From contig JYFJ02001471.1 of the NCBI GenBank assembly GCA_000934665.2, forward strand, positions 62,001 through 82,823: a DNA stretch of 20,823 nucleotides, in the 5' to 3' direction. Positions 1 through 10,821 of this stretch are shown piece by piece; the first letter of the stretch is position 1; the number at the start of each line of letters is the position of its first letter. Source of the stretch: Catajapyx aquilonaris (Eukaryota). The position numbers and the translations under genes were made by a program. Below the pieces are notes generated by a model. It made no database searches and was not told the DNA's origin. It saw only the letters and a program-made list of their open reading frames with translations.

Positions 1-1633
1 ATGGCATATTTAGAAAATGGGTCAGGATAACCTCCTCAAACCTGGGCTTGTGTCGTCTCTTGCTGAAAAACCTGGAACATAATGTTAGCTATTTGCTCCT
101 ATTTGACTTAAAACGACTCGCACAATGCACAGTAGTAGACAAACACAAATCAACTTTGCTAGTAACACATTTATTGGTATTGGTATAAATTAATTTACAA
201 ATAGTGATTTCACTCAATATGTAAGCTCAATGAAATGTGATACTTTCAACGAAGTTAATTATATATTTCAGTCTACTCGTTGCACCTTCACTTGTAATGC
301 CACACCACAATTATTGTACCCGTGGTCTTCACACCTTCGCCATCAAATTGAGTCCGATTGGTTCATTTCTGCAGGACCACGACACTTCTTGCTCTTACCA
401 ATCGCGATGCTACAAGCTGACCTCAGGAGTTAATGCGCCAAGCCACTGACTTGCAGGTCTCTAAACTTCTGGGAGGGAAATTCTTACACGAGGCGTCTGG
501 TCGAGTCCTTTATAAGCAACACCCCCAACCCAGCCTGACTTTCCCCTCGACGTACCCACGCTGCCTTTTGTCTTAACAGCAGGTAGTGAAGCTGTAGAAA
601 GAGCCGGCAACTGCGGATTTTTTTGCGTCATAGTGTTCCCGCCCATTGGGTACAATAATAACCTCGGGCTCTTTCCTGCTGGAGATATGTTTGTTATATC
701 GCAGGGTGGCGTAAAATACCCTTTGTTAAGACATGGCTGCTGCATGTGCTTGAAGGATGGCTATCACCAATGCCTCATAGCGGGTGTTATGTCATAGTTA
801 TAGCACTCTATTCCCGGAAGCTAAATATGTTGATATAGTGCGGAGGAGATGCGGTATTGTGCCCCCAGGAGAAATGAGTCAGCTAGACAGGTTCAGGTCG
901 ATAATATTCATGGCGCCACTTTAACATTATTAAATGATATTATGCGATAGTTATGTCTTCATTGGCAGTATTTCATGAAAGCTAATAAGCATGTTTGTAT
1001 GTTTGCGCTTAATTAAGTCTGTGATATTGAAGATTCGAATAGTGGTTTATCAAAATCCGTCCCTGGCCCCCTATCAGATATGCCAGTTTCAACAGCAAAA
1101 GGGTTTAAAAACACAGATAATGCCGTCTTGGCATTGTGATAATGCCAGTGCAGTTATCATTGAGGTGGAGTAGTTGAGGGACGTTAACACGATTATTATG
1201 TAATAATATTGGCACCTAGGTATTTCAAGTTAAGTGGCACTTTTGATAAAAAATATTGGATCATTGTGTTATGTCGGGTATCAGCCACAACTATGCCGAT
1301 GAAAAATAACAATAAATGGACATTCGGACCAATTATTGGGGGTACTCCTTTGGTGCCTTTCCACTACCTACAAAGTTTCAGGGACACACCCAAATACACA
1401 CTACTGACCCTGCGTGTTTTTGGCATTCACTTGCTCCGGCCCTACTGTTGGAGCCGTTTGAAGTGTATATCAGGACTTGGACATCTAATTGGGATAAGAA
1501 GTAGGATACACTGATAATAGACCTGCACACTACCGATATTTCGTCAGCCGGAGATGGCGTGTACTTTGCACCTTCGCATCCCGCACAAAACTTGGGACCA
1601 CCCGACGTACATCGAATAGCGGTGTGCCCTAGA

Positions 1634-1686
1634 ATGCGGGTAATCCAAGTGTTACGTATATTACGTAACATTTGGATTACCCGCAT
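1634..1686. repeat. Near-perfect 25-bp inverted repeat (hairpin)
   Basis: ATGCGGGTAATCCAAGTGTTACGTA (1634-1658), loop TAT, then TACGTAACATTTGGATTACCCGCAT (1662-1686). One mismatch, which is G.U on the + strand. Confidence 0.9.
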
Positions 1687-2543
1687 CGACGCAACCGCGC
1701 TAACCACAATGCCGCAATTCCGGATACAGGTGGGCGTTAATATCTGAATTCACATTGCGAATATTTGACACCAAATATGTATAGAATAAGAGGTGACCTA
1801 CCGGGGTGCCCTGACCGATCCGTACCGGCGGTTGAGCAGCCCCGACGCCAGTGCAGTGCACCGAAGGTGTGCTCGTGCCACCTAATATAGGCTGTGGCGC
1901 CGGCGCCCTTGCAAGAATTGCGCCAATCGATCCTTCAGCTCTCGCCAGGCCACCAGCGCACCACGTGCACACATGTGGTGGGGTCCCTCAACCCCACCGT
2001 CCCCACCGACACCCACAATTTACTTACATACAAAATAGTGGAGAGAAGGACATATTGCTGATGACCTCAGTTGTTGGAAAGGAAACAACAGCAGGGGGGA
2101 ATTGTCGCCACAGTTGTGTCACGTGATGCGTATGGTGCCATCGAATATATGTATGCTACTGTTAGTGCAGATTCTGGCATGAAAATCTGGAATCGGTACT
2201 GTGTGGGTGATGTACAGACGTACAGTATTAGCATACTATATTGGGAAGTGGAAAATTCAATGTTGTTCTTGATGTGACGGATTAAAATATCGGAGAATGT
2301 GACATTAATTGTCGGAGCTACACACGTCAGGAATTAATAGCATTTCGACCTTGTTCAGCAGCAGGTGAACAAACATGAGTAACAAGCGCTTATCTGGTTA
2401 GTGGTACAGTCACGTTGCAGTCACAACATAATCAAACTTCCTTGTGTGCACAAGACCGCAAAGTTAGGAGTTGTGCATTTGGAAGGTTTAATGCCTGCAT
2501 CTTCACAATTAATTTCATAAGGAGGACCTACCCAATCCACTTG

Positions 2544-2570
2544 CCCCCCCCCNNNNNCCACCCCCCCCCC
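2544..2570. other. Assembly gap (5 N at 2553-2557) embedded in a poly-C run
   Basis: Directly visible: ccccccccc nnnnn cca cccccccccc. Confidence 0.95.
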
Positions 2571-2849
2571 GGGCTCCTTTATTCAAATGTAAGGCAACTG
2601 CTGCTTGAGCTGTGCATTTTGGAATCATATTTGCTTATACTATACCACAGTATGTAATTACGCTTTCAACCCATACTGGACTTTCTCATGGTTGGAGTTG
2701 CAGGTGTCATAGCTTTGCATTATCATCACCTTGCATTCACCGGAATTTAAACGTCACTCGCGATGTGTAAACGCGGGGCCTTTCCTTCATAACAGTGTTG
2801 TTACTCACCATGACACCTGGTTGACCTCCTGTCCTCTGTGTCTTTTCAG

Positions 2850-3034
2850 ATGCCTGCTTGCGTTGCCAGGCTGAACACAAGGTGGACAGTCGGTCCGGAC
2901 GGCAGGACTGCGTGGTGGTATGGGGAGAGTGCAACCACTCCTTCCATCACTGCTGTATGAGCCTCTGGGTTAAGCAAAACAACCGATGTCCCCTCTGCCA
3001 GCAGGAGTGGTCCGTGCAGCGAATGGGAAAATAG
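2850..3034 (+). CDS. RNF7: RING-box protein 2 (Rbx2/SAG/Roc2), last coding exon; upstream exon(s) not found in the window
   Basis: Polypyrimidine tract and ttttcAG acceptor at 2848-2849 (phase 1). The exon reads (D)ACLRCQAEHKVDSRSGRQDCVVVWGECNHSFHHCCMSLWVKQNNRCPLCQQEWSVQRMGK* with TAG at 3032-3034. This is the RING-H2 C-terminus of Rbx2 as I recall it, including the insect Roc2-type 'GRQDCVVVWGECNHSFHHCCMSLW' stretch. Not in the ORF track because the exon has no early start codon. Confidence 0.95.
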
Positions 3035-3263
3035 GACACTACTTATGTTTTGTAATTATCAGCTGATTGCTTGGAGGGTGGAAATAAGAAGCTTTTTTTT
3101 TTGCATGTGGATTCATATCCCTTTCAGTTGATGCTGCAAGGAGAGAGTGTTGCCCATGATCCTTGTGATGAGTGGACGTTGCTCTGTGTGATTGCGTCCG
3201 TGCATAGACCTGATGCTGCTCCAGGACTAGTTTTTGAGCAGTCATCCCAAGTATGTACATAGG

Positions 3264-3269
3264 AATAAA
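3264..3269 (+). promoter_or_regulatory. Candidate polyadenylation signal (AATAAA) for RNF7
   Basis: First canonical AATAAA I found after the stop, ~230 nt downstream. Others lie near 4278 and 5433, so the true 3' end is uncertain. Confidence 0.35.
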
Positions 3270-6115
3270 TGGGATGCACATGACGTGCCGGTGTACCGTC
3301 GATGAGTGTGAAGATACCTTTGCCCATATAATTGTGTTAGTAATACCAATACTTGTATGACCTCAAAATGTGTATTTCAACATGTCCGAACAAGCTGTCA
3401 ATTAAATGTGTGGGTACTTTTTTTTGGCTGCATATTTCTATTTTTCATTTTAATATTAGTCTGCGTATTGGGTATCACTGTGACACACTTGTGTACTGTG
3501 TTTTTTTTTTTTTTTTTGCAACAGATTGATCATGGTACATTTCACAGTATTTATATGGTGTTGATCAAATCATATCTGGTGATATATTTAAACTTGCTTC
3601 ATATTGTAGGGCAAGCATCAGCGTACGTCCATCGATGCAAAATAGTAATCATCAACGTACGTAAGCCTTGTTTCACCACTTATAGTAGATTATCTGTCTA
3701 GACCCTAGCGTTTTACAGATGCTATTATTTGTTGGTAAGTTGTCACCAACACAACTATTACTCCTCAAAATGCTTGGTCATCAGTTTACCTTCAGGGGTG
3801 CAACCTGGCTACTAATGCAACCTCTGTAGGTGGTATGTCAGACATGTCTGGATATTTTAAAGAAGATACATTGTAAATATATTGCATACATTGTTGACAG
3901 TGACGGTCAGAGACATGGTGCCACTAGTTATGTGAGGGATGATCTGATGACCTTCATTGTCGCCATGGTTGACTTGACTGACGAAACACCAGTTCATTTC
4001 AGTGACCCAAGGATGTGGGGTCATATTATGGAGATACTACCAAAGAGGCAAGTGGAAGTAACATGGAGCGTGTGCAAATGGAAGTAATTCTAGTGCAACA
4101 CACTCATTTGATGGATTTTTGTGGAATATACAGTATAAGGCGGGTTGTGTGTATTAACTCAAATTAAGTACCTCGAAATCTCCTATTTTTACATTAGTCT
4201 CGATACGAGTCAGAATATTGAAAGTATCAGAATGACTGTAACGTAATTATAATTGTTGCGTCTTATACGATCACTTTCAATAAAATGATGAACTCATAAT
4301 ATCAGGAGCGTGAAATCATAGTGAAGATAGCTGATGAGCGATATTCAAGGTCGTAGCGTACTGCCGTGAAGGTCGATTATCTTGTCACCATCAACATATC
4401 TGGTTTGATTAAGTTGAGTTTCATTGAAATTTGACATTTTTGTTTCCTGGTGCAATAATTCAATAGCAAGGAAGTTTTGGTGTTCCAATGCATTTTGCGC
4501 AAGGAGAGTATGGAATGTATTATTTTGGAATAGAAAGTAGGTGTATAATAGTAAATATGAACCATGGCAGCGGGGTGTACTTACAAAGTCGTAAAAAAAT
4601 TACCAAACTGGGGCCTGGTTTATCATTAATGTCAGAAGTCGGAAGTGAGGATTATTTTCCATTCTCGGAAAATACCAGTAAATTGTTCACACTTGCAATA
4701 TGTGAACCAGATGACCTGTTAAGTACTGCAAACCTGTAGAGGGTATTATGTCAATTGGCAGTGTCACTGTCATTTTTATGTAGTGTTGTTATTGATCGAT
4801 TAGATAATGTTCTGATCAAATGGGATACGAATCGGTTTGGATTCCGATTTTGTGACCTACATTACCTATAGGGAGCACACTGAGAGTGTAGTCAGCACTT
4901 ACACTACCATAACACCTAATGATGAAAGTGTTTTGTTGTCATAATACCCGTTTGTTGGCTTCAACTTCATGCCAATAGTACAGTACCATGGACAGGCTTC
5001 AATATAATGGGAAATAGCTTGGTTTATTCCACCGTCTCCAAGTGAATGTCATTTCGTAATGAATGGCCTGGGGGCATATGTCGCAAAAAGTCGCAACTGA
5101 CAGTATTGTGTAACTAATTCCAGAGAGCTAATGCAGCGTTGTTTTTCACTTAGTGGACTCATTCAAAACAGGGTACGTCAGTACTTGCCTACTTGACAAT
5201 AGGACTTTGATCGCTTTGATAAGGAAAGTCCCTGACTAACTAGTCGTTTGTAAACAAGAATCGGCCACTGCTATTGACAACTGGGGTTGTAAGGTAATAT
5301 TATAAGGGAGTGATTAGAGTTTGGACCTACAGCCAGGAAGCTTGGTTAATTGTCGTAGAGAGCATCGTTTTAATTGGTCTGTAGTTGTTTTTATGGGTCA
5401 CCATGCAGTTTACTTGGTAAGAGGTTCTTCGCAATAAAATTTAGGCACAGGGTAGGTGTAAAAGCACATTTTGTAATGTTAACAATGCTGATTTAATTGC
5501 AACTTTGCGAGGTAACCTCGAATTGTGGGTTTTTTCAGTCAGCTATTGGGTGTTGCATAATGTAATATCGACACTCAAGATGACCTGTTGATGATTCATG
5601 TGTTAATCATTGGGCAAAAGGCAAACGCTTCTTACAACACTGTATTCAGTATGCACTGTAACACGCAGACGATAACTAAGATTTTTTTTTTTTTTTGCTA
5701 GATATCTGTGTAACAACAATGATGTTGTTACATGATATGAAATATCTGGCGTATTTAAGTGGCTAGTTTTTAAAATGCGGACTTGTAGTTGATATTAATT
5801 ATAATCACAATTTATAGAACATAATAACCGGTTATAAGACAATCACAGACAATTCAATTACAGATTGAGTATTGCATAAATATTGAATGAGCTTGGAAGT
5901 CTTTTTGCTTCTTATAAAGGATACTAAATGGTGACGCACTCTGCGGTAGTTGCAAGGCTGATTCGTGCTGTTATCCTGGATGTGCCGCAACCCTCAAACT
6001 CTAATATTTGCGCAGGAGGTGCAGCAAACAAAGATAACACGCCACCAAAGTTGTGGTTGGACATCTGCTTGTAGTGAGAGATATGAGTGGTAGCACACTT
6101 GGGTTTTTGAATTGT

Positions 6116-6121
6116 TTTATT
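6116..6121 (-). promoter_or_regulatory. Candidate polyadenylation signal for paralog A
   Basis: TTTATT on + (AATAAA on -), ~240 nt after the stop codon. Confidence 0.35.
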
Positions 6122-6358
6122 GCGAAATTGATACATAATTTGTGAATGTTACTCTGCAAGAAATATGCGACGACAAAAAATCAAGTTAATTAATAATGTA
6201 TCCGTAGGATCATACACTTCATTCATTCTTCTAATTCAGCTCTCAACAGCATACTTATTTCTAGTACCATAACACAGCTTGCATCAACATAAAAGGCAAA
6301 AATGTTTATATAAAGTCACACATTCACTATGCATTACAGTTGCATGGCATGTACTGCC

Positions 6359-9300
6359 TTAGGATCTGAAGTACATGAGCACCAGAAGTGCCGTGGCCAA
6401 CAGCAATGCCGATGTTTGAAGACCCATTGCGTTATTGCATTCCATACCTCTGTGGGAAACTAGGAAGGTGGCTTGGGTAGGCAGGCGGCACAGTATTCGA
6501 ACTGTAATAAACATCAGTTAGGTGATCAGCATCGATAAAAATTGTACTACATGGTACTATGGTACTGTACATACAGCATAAGATGTTGCGAATTGCAATT
6601 TTTTTTAACATCTTAGAGCTGAACAGTATACTTACGATTTGACCGCCTAGTGTCTTGGCAGATATTGTCGCCTGCAGTGGTGCTTGCTACTTGCTGCACA
6701 GAGAAGTAGATTGGCTTACATCGAGTCCAGTCGTCACCATCACACAGGTTTCCAAAGGAAAAGTCCAGATTCACATTGCCTGCCTTGGAATCCTTGCAGT
6801 TGTTGGCGTTGCCTTCAAATGCCAAGGGTTTGTCGCGAGAAGTGCACACCTTCAGGCCCGTGCTTTTGCCTGTAAACTGTTACAGAGCAGATATAATTAA
6901 TTTCTGTGCAATGAGGGGTAAAAGTGTGGTTTAATTACTGTAATAGTCATGGAAGTCGTGGTGTAAAAGTTGGTGGGATGGTAACTGTACAGGTTAGCTG
7001 ACATTGGAGAGACGCTGTCGGTGAAAGTGTATGTACTCTCGTCAGGTTTGGTAGTCATGCGGAGAGTATTGCAAACTCTGTAAAACAATCGGCGTGGAAC
7101 TGAAGAAAAAGAACACAGGCTGTATAAGAATTTCGGTTCAACCATTTGTTGTCGAGGTAATGATAACTTACTTTGGGCCATGACTTCCATTGCAATTGTT
7201 CGACCGGCAGGTCCAGGAGGCGAATATTTAGATGGAGACAAGATGTCTCGATTCACATCCATTACAAAGTCATTGTAGTCGGGCCGAGATGTGTAGAACA
7301 AGATTCGCGTTTCTGCAGAGAAGCGCAAAGTGCTGTTCATCGTGCAACATTAATCGGAGTAAGACGTCTTACCAGGGAGATACATTCGGAAATTCCATAT
7401 CATTTGGTTGATTCTGGTTTTATCCGCAGGAGGGTACACATCTCCTGTTGCCATGAAGAGGATGACCTTCGTGTTGGCCCCGTTGTATTTGGTAACTCTT
7501 TGCTCGTCCAGCCTTATCTCGTCGTACAAGAACTGGAGCGTCTCCAGGAAACTCTTTGATGTTGTCTTTTCTAGTTAATGGACAAACAATACGGTACATT
7601 ACGAAAAAACCTCCACTTAAGTAAATTAATATTGCACTTACGGTAGTACAGATCGTTGATCCTCTCTGCGATTTCTGCACCATTGGAGGAATAGTTGAAA
7701 GGCATTATGTAGCTGTTGTTCTGCGTGGATATCACCGACATTTTACTTGTCCACGGCGAAATGTCCAGATTTTGGGCCAGAGATCTTGACATGCAGTGAG
7801 AAGTGAGCATGATCATTTCTCTAAGGGTAAGAGGATTGTGACCAGACTTACGCAAGAAGATTTCTTTGATCGTCGAAAGAATAGGAGCTGAAGTCCATAA
7901 CCGCATATAAGTCGATGTTGGGGGCGTAGACGGGGTCATTGTTGCCAGGCGAATTTACGGCATGTGAGCATTTCTCTTGAGTTGGGATTTGGTACGAAGC
8001 TGTGAATACAATAACAGTTAAACGTTTGTTGCAGACTAAGCAGTGTCGTACTCTCGCATAATTTGCTCTGTTAACCGAAGCCCTTTCCACGGGAATGTCA
8101 AATGTCAGAACTTACTGACGAAGGCTTTCACCGCACTCAGAGAATCCTTGAATAGATTCCGGCTTGCATTTCCGCCGATGATGTTACTGTAGTTGGTGTT
8201 GAGAGGATCCATGAAACTGACTCCCTGAAATAATGAAATATTTATAAGTTGGATGACCGCAATTATAATAGTCTGTGAAATTTGGTCTTACACTATCTAT
8301 CAATGGGTTACTATCAATTTTCTGCAAATTGGCGAATCGATCACATGACCTGATGGTAGGATCACGATTCATTCCTATTTCAGAGTAGTACATGTCCAGG
8401 ACTTGAGACAAAGTAAAAGTTGTTCCTTGATTCCATTCCCGTAACTTCAAACCCAGAAGCAATCCTGAAATGCAAGGAAGGAATTAACGAGAATGGAAAA
8501 ATATCATTCTCCCTGATTATGATACTATACAGGGTGTATCTGAACTCAGTGCCCCGACGTATATGACTGCCTTCCTAGCCACCAGAGGATCGATTTAAGT
8601 ATAGGAATCATTATGTTTGGCCGCCGCATTACGGAGATAATTGGCCGCAAACATGTAGTACAAAATATCCTGTCGGTTAGGCCACCCATCGAACCCGCCC
8701 CCAGTCAGAAGGCTCTGGAAGGTCTGGGGGCCGGACTTCGTTGGTTTGTTGCCCACAGGTGGTAAGGCCTCTTTGGCTAGTTACACCAGAAAATTCTATT
8801 TAAAAGTCAGAAGGAGCGATTAGGCAAAAATCGCTAAAGAGTGTATCTCAGTAATGAGGCTGCCCAGACATATGATTCCTATACTTAAATCGATCCTCTG
8901 GTGGCTAGGAAGGCAGTCATACACGTCGGGGCACTGAGTTCAGATACACCCTGTATATGATTCATTAATTTATTCATATTATATTATACAGGGTGTTTCA
9001 CTGTATAATCCCATCAAGGAGTGGGAAGGAATGCATGTTAGTTGGTCCTTCGGAGAGACCCCTTATTAATACTGTAAATGTGATGGCTTACCGTCAATAG
9101 CCCCCCTGATCCTGGCTGTAGTCATATGGCTATGAATTTGTGTATTCAAGTGGTAATCGCGAGGTATGGCCAACCCGTACGTGTTGGTGGCATTCCACCA
9201 TCCTCTGCTTCCGATGATAGGTCTCAATCCATCATCCAAGCTCTCCTCCAGGATGGCGTATTGAGCCAGTTCACCTGAAACGTGAAAATTATTGCTCTAA

Positions 9301-10821
9301 ATTGGGCCTTTCCATTGTAAAGATGTATCGTAAGTACCTCCTAAAGAAGCCGTGTACAAATTGTCCGCCCCTCTATAGTACCCCTGCATGTTGTTAAAAG
9401 TGGCCAATGCTGCGATGACATTTCCAGCGGCGACTGCTCCCCAAGGAGTGTATACAACTCCTGCTTCCATTGGGCACATACTCAGGTTCGGGTCGGTTGT
9501 CGGACTGGCCCGTATAAGCCTCCTACAGCGCACACGGAGAAGGGTACAGCGTACATCAAAATGATCTTATTTTTTGATGATGAACAGTAATCAACATGTG
9601 GAAGAAAATTCTTACAGTTCCCTCTTCATCCTTTGGTAATTTGGAGGGGTGCAACTCTCGCTGAATCCGCTTCTTGTCAGGTTTACATTGTATGACAGCA
9701 TCCAGTACAGCGAACACTAGAATGTTATAATTATGCTAGGCATATGTTACATGGCTTTTATGACATTGTTGATGATTTTATAAATTACCTCTTCTGCTTG
9801 CGTGAAGATGTTGTTTTGGAAAGATGTGCTGGGTCGAGGGATCATATCTTTGATCATTTGGGACTTCTGGAAATCGTAACCCGTCGGGTGCAGTGGCATC
9901 CTGCCTTTAGCACGGTCTGCTGTTGGATCGTAATACATTCCATCAACACGATACCTGGAGTGATAACAGAGAATGAAGGCAGTGCATGGCAGGAGAGTTG
10001 TGGGACAATATTATCTTTTGTGATTGTGATTTACTTGTGGATTAACATGGCTGCGTTGGTGGCCAAGTCCATGTTCCCTCCGTTGCTGAGCTCGTATTTC
10101 CGAATGAGTCCGATCAGATTCTGCATGGTCATGGGGGATCGGGTGGACGGGTCGAAATTGGTCAGGTTGTAGTAGCACATGTCCAGGAGCCTCTGTGGCC
10201 ATGCTGATAACTTTTCGGACTGACTCACTGCAACTGGTTTCATGTGTGAACATGATTATTTGTGGTGTTTCTTTTGCAGGGGAGGTAAGACTCTACTTTG
10301 TTGATTTCCGACACAATTAATAATGAGTAAGTTTTTGAAATATGCTGGTCGTTGTGGTAGAACATTGTTTTTGATAGAACCTGCATGGCTAGACGTAGGA
10401 ATCAATAGATTTACTTGATTTTGTCAACTCCAGAGTAACTCGGCTAACCCCCCTTAACCGTCTTACATTGTAATGTTTTATGTGGCAACTTCTTCAAATG
10501 TGTGGGTGTAAGGTCTTCCCCTGCGATTTTTAACGGGTATAACATGCCTGATATCTGGGAGTTTGTTTGTAACTCAGTTTATCTATGGCTGTAGACAGGA
10601 GATAGCGATATAGGTACATGAAATAGTTTTAGCGTTGCATTTTATCCACGCTTCTCCATTGTGCATTAGCAGCGAATAAAATTAATAGGAACAACGCAAA
10701 TGCACATTAGTACCAGCTACAAAGTAATCATGTATTACCATGTAAGGTAATCTGTATACATACCCGACGCAACGTTGAACAGGATGTACAGGGAAAGTAC
10801 AAACACGGCCTTTGTCCTCAT
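6359..10821 (-). CDS. Uncharacterised ~780-aa cell-surface protein, paralog A: signal peptide + PGLYRP2-N-terminal-like domain + vWA-like domain + Cys-rich region + predicted GPI signal
   Basis: Manually spliced 15 coding exons, all GT-AG with consistent phases: 10821-10764, 10227-10035, 9954-9789, 9716-9616, 9522-9338, 9274-9092, 8464-8292, 8224-8116, 7999-7852, 7784-7642, 7570-7373, 7312-7172, 7099-6939, 6876-6636, 6501-6359 (2343 nt = 780 aa + stop). N-terminus MRTKAVFVLSLYILFNVASV is signal-peptide-like. C-terminus is MECNNAMGLQTSALLLATALLVLMYFRS*. Splice sites from exon 6 onward are independently confirmed by paralog B. Confidence 0.9.
8530..8953. mobile_element. Tc1/mariner-type MITE (424 bp) in intron 6 of paralog A
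   Basis: Ends are TA-CAGGGTGTATCTGAACTCAGTGCCCCGACG... and ...CGTCGGGGCACTGAGTTCAGATACACCCTG-TA. TIRs are ~110 bp, the outer ~80 bp differing at one position. TA target-site duplication at 8528-8529 and 8954-8955. No transposase ORF. Absent from the homologous intron of paralog B. Confidence 0.93.

Noticed and set aside
2048..2080. CTGATGA...GAAA hammerhead-like cores (also ~3944 and ~14250)
   Set aside because: No convincing stem II or stem I/III pairing around any of them.
1..2500. Short ORFs on both strands and a possible RNF7 first exon
   Set aside because: No recognisable domain, and no KKWNAVAMWSWD-like sequence found. 'KIWNRYCVGDV' near 2180 is only superficially similar.
4285..4334. 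Box C (ATGATGA) / box D (CTGA) pair suggesting a snoRNA
   Set aside because: Only 50 nt, weak terminal stem, no identifiable guide and no evident host intron.
3039..5900. ORFs of 60-115 aa between RNF7 and paralog A
   Set aside because: AT-rich with poly-T runs, and no domain or splice-consistent structure. Likely 3' UTR or intergenic.
5924..6155. Strong-looking acceptor on - followed by an ORF ending in a hydrophobic stretch (possible alternative GPI exon)
   Set aside because: The hydrophobic frame needs phase 0, but the upstream donors of paralog A and Fas2 are phase 1, which hits an immediate stop. No homology seen.
6655..10172. Plus-strand ORFs (e.g. 7173-7559, 9744-10172, and likewise 18566-18952)
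   Set aside because: Antisense shadows of the minus-strand exons. Their duplication simply reflects the paralogy.
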